Position numbers and translations under genes: made by a program. 64,000 nucleotides of DNA from Azolla caroliniana (Eukaryota; Plantae; Polypodiophyta), in the NCBI GenBank assembly GCA_043228905.1, contig JBHGNT010000015.1, forward strand, positions 17,112,001 through 17,176,000, read 5' to 3'. How positions within the stretch are numbered: the stretch's first letter is position 1; every line of letters starts with the position of its first letter. The notes beneath the pieces are model-generated. The model was given only the letters and a program-made list of their open reading frames with translations, had not been told where the DNA came from and ran no database searches. This document shows positions 1 to 10,534 of the stretch, in pieces.

Positions 1-613
1 TCTCCAAACAATCTTGAAGAAGATCGTCAACAAGAACCGCACTGATTGGGATGACAAGCTCCAGAGTGCACTATGGGCTTATCGCACTACATTCAAAACG
101 AGCATTCAATCCACCCCCTTTCGGATGGCTTTTGGTCTCGAAGCCGTTATGCCCATCGAGTTCCAAGTTCCGAGTATCCGAGTTCAAGTTAAAACATGGC
201 TCCCCGAGGCCCAATCCAAACAATTGAGGCTAGAACAACTCCTCGAACTTGGCGAGGACCGAGTAGCGAGCATGGCCCAACTTGAACAACGCCAACGACA
301 ACGGAAAGCCTTTGTGGACCGACATCGGAAAGGATTGGAACAATAACTGACCATAGGCAAACCGGTCCTCGTTTTCCAGACGCGACTCGGTGCTATGCCA
401 GGAAAGTTATGATTTCGATGGACCGGCCCCTTTTGGATTATTGACGAGTTTAACGGCACGTTCCAGCTCGGCACCCCCGCCGGGGAAATTGTCAAAAGCT
501 GGGTGAATGGATTCCGACTGCGACCGTACCAGGGAAATACCCCAGCCAACCCTTTCGCCGAGTCTCACGGCACGGACAATGCCACGAAGGAGGCCACACG
601 TCCCCCTCGGTAA
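1..613 (+). pseudogene. Gypsy integrase C-terminus (Athila/Tat-like), with in-frame stops
   Basis: [31 protein letters not shown]; the frame continues past the stop at 344-346 into PGKL*FRWTGPF...VNGFRLRPY (GPY/F motif); no chromodomain. Confidence 0.9.
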
Positions 614-1143
614 GAACCCACCAACATTCCAAAGTAGACATTAGGTAGGATTAGGCATAATTTTAGCAATTAGTTAGTTCCACCTACACCACCTACCACA
701 TCACCCAAATCATGTCATGTTTAGAGGCACACATTAGTCACTTTCACATTAACTTAAGTATTTAAAGGCACATGCACAACATCCAAGGCAAAGCACTAAC
801 TCCCTAGGACACGTGGCCATAAGATCCTATTATGGCATCCACGCCCAAGAATCTCCAGGCTCCTCTTCATGCACAAAACCCTAGGCGTCCGCTAAAAAAT
901 AGTTACCCCAAGCCCACCCCACACACAGACGTTTTCTTGCACACCCAGCTTTCATCGCTCCTACGCTCTCAAGCATCCTCTCGCTCTCAGCGCTTTCATC
1001 GCTCCCACTGCTCTTGCTCACAAGCCCGCTCTTGTCCTCGTAGCCCCTCTGCCGCACCACAACCATCTCCTTCCCTTGCTCTGTCTCGGCTTGGTCGAAT
1101 TCTCCTTCCCGAATCTTCCACACAACAGAACCCCGAGTCCATT

Positions 1144-4100
1144 ATGCCTCTTGCAGCTTCACAGGAAACCTGCTCCCGGCTTCAGGAACGAGGATTGGGT
1201 GGTTATTTAAAGGTGATTGATGCCCCTACACACCTTGATGCCCAAGCGGTCGCACGCCGAATTCACCCGGACACAGTCACCAACAATATGATTTGTGTTG
1301 CCTTGGACCTGAAGCGAAGAGGTGATCATGAAGTCGAGATTCCCCCTTCCACGACCCTGAAGGAATACTTTGATGCGTATTCCATATCTGGTAAAGCCTA
1401 TCGCACCCACGGTGGATCCAACAAGGCATTCGGAGAACTCGCTCGCATCCTGATGGAGTACGCGTTCGTGCATACCAACCCTACAAGTATGCCACAGAGC
1501 AAAACGACGATCATTATCAGTGCCTACGAGGGAAACAAAATCGATTGGGGAATCATCACATGCGAAGGAATCCGTGCGGCGCTTGAATCCTTCCAAACCG
1601 GTAAGCGTTTGTTGCATGTGATCAATCACTTCCTTATAGTCCTCTACCCACCTCCTTCAGTTTCCCCTCGTCGCATCCTGACCTCTCCACCTCCACCAAG
1701 GAAACAACGAGAGAAGATGTTGGAGATAACTCAGGAAGAATGGGAAGACCCCTCGTCTTCTCCACCTCCCTCAGGTGCTCGGAACCCCGCTTCCACCTCG
1801 GCCCCACCCCCACCAAAAACACAAAAACAACAGGCGGTAACAACAACCCGTGTCGAATGGGATGAGGCTGAGGAGGCCATCCCCGAGGATGTCACCATAC
1901 GCCAGAGGCCACTAAGGACATCAATGACCTCTCCACAACCGAGCCCACGGCCCACAAGCCAGCAACCCTTGGCCATCCGGTAGCAAAAGAGGAAATAGGC
2001 CGAGGAGCCAACACCACCGGCCCCGGACGCACAGGATCAGCCGTAAAAAAGACGCCGCATCATTCAAGAGGCAACCACAGAAACCGAAGGTGACCAACGT
2101 CAGAAATCAAAAGAGGCCAGCCCCACCTCCATGGACATAGTACCAGCGGAGTCATGGCTCCAAGTCGGTACGATCGAGCATGGACAAACCACGTAGATAT
2201 CAGAGGAGGAAGTCCTCGGTTACAAAGATCTCCTCGCGGAGGCATACAAGTTCAGTGCACTACTTCGACTGGGCACAACTTACGAGTTAATGGATTTCCT
2301 CGTGCGCGCCCAAGTAGTTGCCGCCGCTCGTATGGCCGAGGAGCACGCCGAAACAAAGATGATTCAACGCGCTCTAACGGGTGAAATCGAACCTCACAAG
2401 GATTGAGCCTTATAGAAGATAGGATGGAAGAAGCAAGTACAAAATGCTTCACTCATGGAACTACCGGATCTGAACATGGCCTTAGTCGAGGCATATCGCA
2501 ATCTACACCACACTACTCGGGCAGCCAAGGACATGGCCCGACGTATCAAAACGGCGCATCAGCAAGCCAAACGGGCTACCGACCTATGGCAAGCCACCGA
2601 GGAGAAATTGGCGACATTCACACAACAACAACCGCCCTTAATCCTCCCTGCGCTGAGTGACGCTATCTCACCAGCCACTCTTCCGAACCCGAGCCCGAGT
2701 GTTGAAGGTACCGTCGCACACAAAGACGACACCGCCCACCCCAAGGTAGCCATGGTCGAGGCCAGCACAATGACGGACTCGATACAGACAAGTGAGTCAT
2801 CATCACGGGCAGATATCAGCCCTCACCCCCAAACCAACCAAGCCTCCACGCAAACGCCACCACCTCCGGTCGTCATGGAACGAGTGACACAGACAAACAA
2901 GGAGTCCTCGGCCCAAATCCAGCAAGCGACAACCCAGACAGGGCCTCCTCTTAGGGACTACCAAGAGGAGCTTCAGGCCCAGATCGCTCTGGTCGAGTTG
3001 GCAGAACAGAACCACAACAACATTCTTGGCTAGCAACGGGAACAAGCCGCGAGCCGCGAAGCGAACCTCAAGTGATTGTTTGTTGAAAGGTTGGTCGCGC
3101 TTGAAGCATGAGAACGAGAGGTGATGACCCTCCAGGTCTCTATCACTGAGGCTAAAGAACGTTTCATCAAAGAAACCGATTGGAATAGCCAACGGGAACA
3201 AGAGCTCTTCGCAGACAACCAGGAATTACGACGTCATCAAAGAGCCTTCCAGGACATGGCCAACGAACATATGCAAAAGTGGAGGATCTCGGAGGAGCAA
3301 TGAGCGAAAATTTCCGATGCATATCACCAATTGCAAACTGAGCATATCGCCGTCAAAGAACAACACCGGGACGCTTGGCGATAGGAAAGGGACGGAACTG
3401 TAGCTCAGCTCACCAACTGTTATGAGCAGACCATCGCGCTCATCACTGAAAAAGCAAAAGATAATCAAGCTACTTTAGCACTCTTCGCCCGCAAAAGCCA
3501 AGCAGAAGCTAAGGCCGCAAGGGAGGCACTGGAAGTTCACCGCGCGAGCATCGGCATGGACGATACCAAAATCAAGACCCTAATCCACAAGTATTGCCAA
3601 CAATTCACCACGAAGATCAAAGAAATGCTTGACCATGTCTGGCAGGGGTGGTCAGCCCAAGCCGCAGACCTACACATACTATGCGCGGATGCCGAGAACC
3701 GACGGAAGGAGGGCCGAGGGTTTTACAAGATGGATGACACCAGCATCCAGACCCTCCGTGAAGACTTAACGGAAGAATATCATACCTTGGCAATCTCCCA
3801 CACCACGGCCATTGAGCAACTCTTGGAGGAATTCAACGACGATCTAATGGTGTTTCGTTTAGAAGCCGAAGTGTACGAGGAGGAACGAATCGCTACTAGG
3901 AGACATAGAGCTCCCACAACCACTGAGCCAGGAACTGAGTCACTCCCCACGGCAACCCGACCGGAAGAACCTTCCCCTATCGACCCTCACATCCCACCAG
4001 AGCCAAAGACTATAACCCCGGCCCTATCTGAATCGGTCCCAACAGAAGAGGGCACACACGACGACACTGCCATCCCCAACTCGGCAACACAACCTCCATC

Positions 4101-4176
4101 ACCAACCCCACCTGCCGAGCAGCAAACCCAACCCCACACCCCCGAGGATATCCTCGGCATATTGGAAGAGGAATAA
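1144..4176 (+). pseudogene. Extra ~1010-codon ORF downstream of pol (globular N-terminal domain, Pro/Thr-rich linkers, coiled-coil-like C-terminal part)
   Basis: ORFs 832-1983, 2455-3033, 3121-3303 and 3556-4176 share one frame; I count 11 point stops and no frameshift; the N-terminal YEGNKIDWG motif resembles plant retroelement accessory ORFs; start codon uncertain (832 or 1144). Confidence 0.75.
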
Positions 4177-4273
4177 AACCAACCTATAAGCCCTCGCAGG
4201 AACGGGCAATTTTTGTAATTCGTGTTGTTTTGCCACATCCATGGGGAACCGTGGGTCTGACGGACAAAGTCTT

Positions 4274-4290
4274 GTCCCACGGGCGTGCCA
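4274..4290 (-). promoter_or_regulatory. tRNA-Arg-type primer-binding site in inverted orientation, at the expected PPT position
   Basis: + strand GTCCCACGGGCGTGCCA = minus TGGCACGCCCGTGGGAC, matching the Tat/Ogre-type tRNA-Arg PBS TGGCACGCCCAGTGGGAC with a 1-nt gap; lies 2 nt from a TG. Confidence 0.7.
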
Positions 4291-4292
4291 GG

Positions 4293-4788
4293 TGTTGTCC
4301 ATAGGCCAAAAATATAAATTAGTTAAATATAATACGCCAGTAGGTAAGGCGAATAGGTAAGGTAGAGTTAGGTAAACGCCGAGTTTCAAGCCTCACAGTC
4401 AGCCGACCACTCGGCTCTGTATGAAGAAAAAGTATATAAACTGAGGTCTGTGTACCTCGGCAGGAGAGATATCTAAAGCGTAGGTGAGGTCGTTTTATAG
4501 TTATAAGAGCTTGTAGGGTCACCGGCTGTGGGTCGTGTTTTTTGTAATCATCGATAACTGTTTGCAGGAATACATATCTAGTAGCTCTTGTTGTTTTCAT
4601 CTGTGTGCCGTCGTTTCTAAGGTCTCAACTACGTATACGACCTGGGCTCTATTCCGGGTATGCTCTCTGTTTTCTTCCCCTAACGGCGCCTCCGTGCACA
4701 AGTCTTCACGTTACACTTCTCTTGATACCGTTAGCTTGTAGGCATATCGAAGGTGTTTCCAACAGAACGGTTAACAGCCGCGTTGACA
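4293..4788 (+). repeat. Probable 3' LTR of the Athila/Tat-like element
   Basis: TGT...ACA termini, TATATAAA at ~4433, TGTAA/AATACA signals, pyrimidine-rich 3' half; the left boundary could also be 4273 or 4296. Confidence 0.65.
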
Positions 4789-6716
4789 AGCAACCGATTC
4801 TTCCTTTCGGCCACACCGTTTTGCTCCGGTGTGTATCTGCAGCTGAACTCTCTCCGAATTCCTGTTTGCTGCAGATAACCGTTGAATTGGCTGGAAAAAT
4901 ATTCTTTTCCGCCATATGACTGCAGGCACTTGATCTTCCTCTCCGATTCCCGTTCCACCATGCTTTGGAGGTTCCGGAAATAGTCGAAGACTTTGCTCTT
5001 CCGCTCAATGAGGTAGATCCATGTGTGCCGACTATAATCGTCGATGAAGGAGACGAAGTATCGACGCCCACCAAGACTCACGTTTTGTGCCGGTCCCCAT
5101 ACATCCGAATGAATAAGGTCGAGCTTGTTACAACTATGGTTTTGTTCGATGGGGAATGGAAGCCGATGTTGCTTCCCGAGTTGGCAGGTTTCACATACTT
5201 GGGCCTTCTGGCCACTAAACTTCGGCAAACCGAAAACAACTTGTTTCGTTTGCAAGTCTTGAAGCTGTCGGTAATTGACGTGGCTGATCCGCTTGTGCCA
5301 CAGGTCGATGTCCGATTCGACCTTCTGTCCTTTGGCGAACAAAGCGGTGCCGACGTCATTGGTGTCGAGGATGAACATCCTCCCATCTTTGCGCCCTTGC
5401 GCGATAATCTGGCCCTTTTCCTCGATGAAGCACCTGAGGTGCGTAAACTGCACCTGCATTCCCTGGTCGACGATCTGTCTGACCGACACCAGGTTCTTCG
5501 TGATAGTTGGAACGTGTAATACGTTCATCAGCTTCCCCCTCTGTCCGACGTGGCTCAGGGGAACTTCTCCGACATGCATGATTGGGTGAGGAGTGTCGTC
5601 TCCGGTTTCGACAACTCCCGGTTGTTCCGGTTTCTCCAAGAAGGAGAACCACTCTTTGTGGCTCGTCATGTGATTTGACACACCGGAATCAACGTACCAC
5701 ACTTCCTCCGATTTGGAAGTGGTCTTCTTCATCGAGTTTGCCTCGTGCTTCATCACCAAGGTTGGTCCCTTACCGGCCTTTCCGGTTTTGGATCCTCCCG
5801 ATCCTTTTGCGTAGTGCGAGTATTGCTGGTTCTCCCGACCGGTTCTCCCGGATCCGGATCTTTCCTAATCGGCGCGCTTCTTCCAGCACTCGCTTTCTCT
5901 ATGGCCCTTTTTACCACAGTACCAACATTCCATGGTGGATTTTTCTTGCCTGCTTCCGGCACCGCCTTGACTCCCCCTGGTTGTGGAGGTCCCGGAACTA
6001 CTGTCGGCACGGTCTCTGTGCCGATGGTCTTGCCCTTGCCGGCCGCCTCCATTGCGTGCCGACCCGCCTCGTCCACCACGCCCACGGGGATGATCTGCCT
6101 CCGTGTACAACATTCGGCAGTTGGTGGGTGCACTTGTTGACGCACCGGTGTGGTTCTCCTCTACAAGGAGCATCGACTGTAAGTCAAAAAAAGACAGCGT
6201 ATTCTCCCTCATGCAAATTGCCGTTCGGAAAGCTCCGAACTTGGACGCTAGCCCACCAAGGCACACTTGCACCATCTCGTCCTCCTCGACGTTTACATTG
6301 ACGGAGGCGAGTGAGTCACAAATTTCCTTGATTCGGGCCGTGTAATCGGCCACAGACAGACTTTTCTGTCGGACATTGTTGAGCTCCTGCCTGAGCTGCA
6401 GTTTCTTGGCCGTTGTGCTTGCGGCGAAAACCTTCTTCAGGTTTCCCCAAGCTTCTTTTGGCGTCTTCGCATCTCGGATATGGCTCAACAGCTGGTCTCT
6501 GACACTAGACGCAAAGCAGTACATCACTCTGCTTGCCGATTGTTCCCACACTGGGAAGTCCTTGTGTGCCGCATCAGGTGCTGTGTCGTTAGCTCCATCG
6601 ACATAGCTCCAGTACCCATGCCCAAGCAGGTACTAGTGCATCTTGTAAGACCAAGATGCGTAGTTGGTTCTGTCGAGCTTCTCCACCGGGAGCGAGCTAG
6701 CCATTCCTCTATCCAT
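4789..6716 (-). pseudogene. Copia gag-protease-integrase polyprotein with in-frame stops
   Basis: Zinc knuckle CWYCGKKGHRESEC, protease WYVDSGVSNHMT, LWHKRISH...CETCQLGK, HSDVWGP, YTPEQNGVAERKNR. Confidence 0.9.
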
Positions 6717-7229
6717 TTTGCTTTTCCTGTTCTTTACGAAAGTTTTCCTTTCAAGCTATGTCGGCTGTAGAGGTTCTCAACCCTCGCGCTGTGATACCAT
6801 GTAAAAACAAATAGCGTGCAGAAGTAATAAAAACAAAAAACAAAAAACAGAGAACAGGTTTAATTGAGAGCTTAACTGTACGCGGGAGAGACAGAGAGAG
6901 TGAGAAACAAGAATCTCTATTCAAAAATTATATCAACACTCTGTACATCGTATGTGTTCAGCGAACACTTTTATACAAGTCCATACGGACTGACAGAAGT
7001 ACGGTGTACTTCAATGCGCACTCGAGCGTCTGACACTAACTACGAGAGTAATAACTCCCTAGTAGTCTAGCTGCTACTAGGCTTCCGATTACTGATGGAT
7101 CCGGCTAACCGGCTCCCCAGCTCACCGGCTCTTTTGCTCACCAGGTGCTCACCGACTCACCGATCCGTCTCGCTCACCGGCTCAGGCTTATCCAGCCGAT
7201 CCGGCTCCAATTGAGCTTGCCGCTCAACA
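4789..7229 (-). mobile_element. Ty1/Copia element, 5' half (LTR 6800-7229, PBS-Met 6788-6799), interrupted in integrase by the Gypsy insertion
   Basis: Minus strand TGTTGAGCGG...TTTTACA followed by TGGTATCACAGC; gag-PR-INT order. Confidence 0.9.
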
Positions 7230-8387
7230 CAACTCAAATGAGCCTTTTGACTCTTGTGGGCCTTTGACTCTAAATAAAAAGAAATAAATAACAAAAACAT
7301 TCAAACACAAGCCATGTTCGAACATAATCAACATTGGGATGATGTGTTTAAATTTTGTCACACCCCTCACAAATACTGCATGCAAAAATAGTTGCACAGA
7401 GGGTAGAACATCTAGCCTCGCCCATCTATATAGAGGATGGTTGACACATGGAGGGGTGCCAAATATCAATCTCAACAACAACCTCGTATGCCGCACACCT
7501 CCTGAAGTCACAACCAATGAACCATCGACGTTGTTGTGTATACACGCGTGTGTATGCTACTTGAGTGGGACCATGTGGTTCTTGGACTAGGGATTCAAAA
7601 GGGAAGAGGAAGTTGAAGATTTGCTTTTGTCAACTTGGCGAGCCTCTTTTGTCGATCTTAGCTCATCGATCTCATCTCATCAACATCTCCCTCGTTGACC
7701 AAAGTCTTGTCACATGAGGCACGACGACACATGCAAGAAAATGACTCGTGCACGAAATGGAGATTAACACGTAACTAATAGCTAAACATATTAAGAACAA
7801 AAGTGATGGTTTAACAACAAATCTTTGAATAGATTAGGGCTTAAGAGCCACAATAAGGAATTACAATGGTAGTAGCTTCAAGTAAATCACAAGCTCAACA
7901 TAGGTAAGGACAATAAGAGGGGCAATATAGTGTACACTCTTGTAGCCCAACCAATGCTCTATGCAAACACCGAAGATGACACCATCCAAATTGAATAATC
8001 TCGTAGAAGGAGAGGAAGATGGTGTCAAGCAATGAGCACCGAGCGCAATTACATGAGCACTGAACAATGAACACCAAATGATCAAACACAAATCACCAAC
8101 AACTCAAACACACGAAATACCGAAAGAATGAACACCAAACACAAACACACGAACCTCCAACAATGAAGAACAAGGAACCACCAATGATGCAAACACAAAA
8201 GGAGGAGGCCTTGACCATCACTACCATGAGACAATTCAAGAACTCAAGGTGGTTCAAAAAAGAAATAGAGTTATGAATGACACAACAAATGAAAAATGGA
8301 CAAGTACAATCAATAATCACTAGCATCGATGCAACACTTTCTAAGAGGAAGTCGACTTACACCAACCTACAACAAACACTCACACTC

Positions 8388-8842
8388 TGTTACGGGCATG
8401 ACCATTTAATATCCCGTGGTGAGAATTTACCGTAGTATTCTATACATGTGGATAAGTGTGAGGGTTAAACGAGAGTGAAAAGAAGGGGAGGATTACTTTT
8501 AATCCTCGAGATTGAGACAACCCATTAGGTCAAGTGTGAACTTGCTTGGGGGCCTTGGGTATCGCTATAAATAAGAGGCCTAGCTACCCTCATTTGATCA
8601 TCTTTTGACTACATCGAGACTTTGCTCTTGTGGTGGGTCAACTCTTGTAGCGAGCGCGCCAGCACTAGGTACGACTCGATGCCACGACGGTGGTATGGGA
8701 CGCCGATCGAGGCTCGATTCCGTCTCGATCCCTTCGCTCGGGGGTGGTCGGGTGGATCAGCACCCTTCTTTCTCTTTCTCCTTTCTATCTATCATTTGTT
8801 TATCCTTATCTTAAGCTTACTTTAGTACTTAGATCTCTAATA
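8388..8842 (+). repeat. 5' LTR of the Met-primed chromovirus
   Basis: Direct repeat of 15227-15681; CTATAAATA box at ~8565; termini TG...TA. Confidence 0.95.
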
Positions 8843-10534
8843 TTTGGTATCAGATTTATGTACTAATGTTTCTTTGTTTTTCATTTGTCGTTTGATTGAT
8901 GGTGATCGATCGATGTGCGGTCGGCCTTGATCCAGACAACGATCAACAAAGAACTTCGATAACTCTTTCCAGAATTTTTTTTCTATTCTCTCTTCTCCCA
9001 TCTAATCATGTGTTTAGTTTATATGTCATTTTTTTTCATTAAGTCAATGATGTCGTAGTGGTCTTTAATTGATTATCTAAAACGTTTACATATGTGCACG
9101 AGGTCAATACCTCGTTTGACATATTAATAATATGTGATGAGCGTCGTATGCGTACGAGGTTAATACCTCAATTACGTATTACGTTCACGAACATATGTTA
9201 CGTTTGCGTATGAGTTTAATACCTTGATTTGTTGTAAACAATATGTGGTTGGTCTCGTATGCGTAAGAGGTCAATACCTCAATTGCGTATTACGATGATC
9301 TCTTATTTGTGGATGTTTCGTGTGCGTAGAGGTATATACCTCGATTACATATCTCGATCATATCATTTGTGGCTATTTAATATAACGATATGTTTAATAT
9401 AGGCATATGTGGTCACATATATACGTATTTGATCGTATATATGTGATAAGTAAACATATGTGTATATTCGTTATTACGTGATTATATCGAAAGTTGTCCT
9501 TGTCGGGAAAAGGATGTTGGTGGCCGTCCTCACATTTTTGTGAGAATGGCGTTGTCACCATTCCTTTTTCAACAATTTTTAATTGTTGATAACCCCGTTG
9601 ATGACCTCGATTTCGTTACGTAAAGAAACGCCAATAGCCATAATGATGTTGAGTACGTAGGGCTTGACCTACTTCAAGTGAGGTCGCTCCAATGACGCAC
9701 GTATCCAACATCCCTCCCTCGTTACATAGATACGATGCCACCATGAGCTCGTTCTTACGAGAGGCATTCGTAATGACGTGACCATGTGATGGCCCACGTG
9801 AGCCTACTACGAAACGAGGGCTCATTTGGCTTGACCATTAGGTTGCACTTTGGCGTATGCCATCGTAATTACGAGACTTGAGGTTAGGTAACGTACTGGT
9901 AACATAGTTTTGGTAAATGAGGGCGAAATAAGGACCCTTGACATATATGTTCTTTTAAAAAAAACATATATGATCAATTGCCTCGCATATCTCTTATACG
10001 CATCAAACATTAAGCATTCGAGAAGAGCAACTTACTTGGTTGGCTCAAGTGTTTAATGTATTTGTTCTCGAGGTCTCGAGTTCAAATATGACCAAGACCA
10101 TACAACATCCTTGATACATATGACTATAACACATGTTTAGACTTAAGGTCTAAGTGCACCTCGGGGTCCTCGTAATAGGACTTAAAGAGCCGAAACCACA
10201 TATGTGGGCACCGAAACATAGTTTATTGTTAACATTTTTTTCGTCTATAAACTATTCATGACGCGAACATACATGGTTGAGCCTCGAGGAGCCACCATGA
10301 AAAAATCGATATAGAGATCAGGGAAAGACATTTATTTGTCACCCCCATGGTTTTTAAAACACCTTTGTGTTACCATAGTAACCTGATCTTGAACCTCATC
10401 TCATACGTCTAGAGGGGTATTGACGTGAGATCATGATATCGATTAATGTTTGCCCATGATATGTTTACATCACGACATGATGTTATGACTATCTCTCTGA
10501 CCTTATCCTATTTCTTTTCCAGAAATAATCTTTA

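Larger units (their letters stand above)
1..4788 (+). mobile_element. 3' part of a non-chromovirus Ty3/Gypsy (Athila/Tat-like) LTR retrotransposon: integrase end, extra ORF, 3' LTR
   Basis: Integrase C-terminus at 1-613, long downstream ORF at 1144-4176, and an LTR-like segment ending ...GTTGACA at 4788 exactly where the Copia integrase on the other strand is cut. Confidence 0.8.

Noticed and set aside
9085-9360. CRISPR-like spaced palindromes
   Set aside because: The spacers are related to each other, the context is a eukaryotic retrotransposon leader, and no cas genes are present.
10038-10097. Possible A/B-box pair (TGGCTCAAGTG...GAGTTCAAAT) in the chromovirus leader
   Set aside because: Both boxes are weak, there is one copy only, and I see no TSD or tail.
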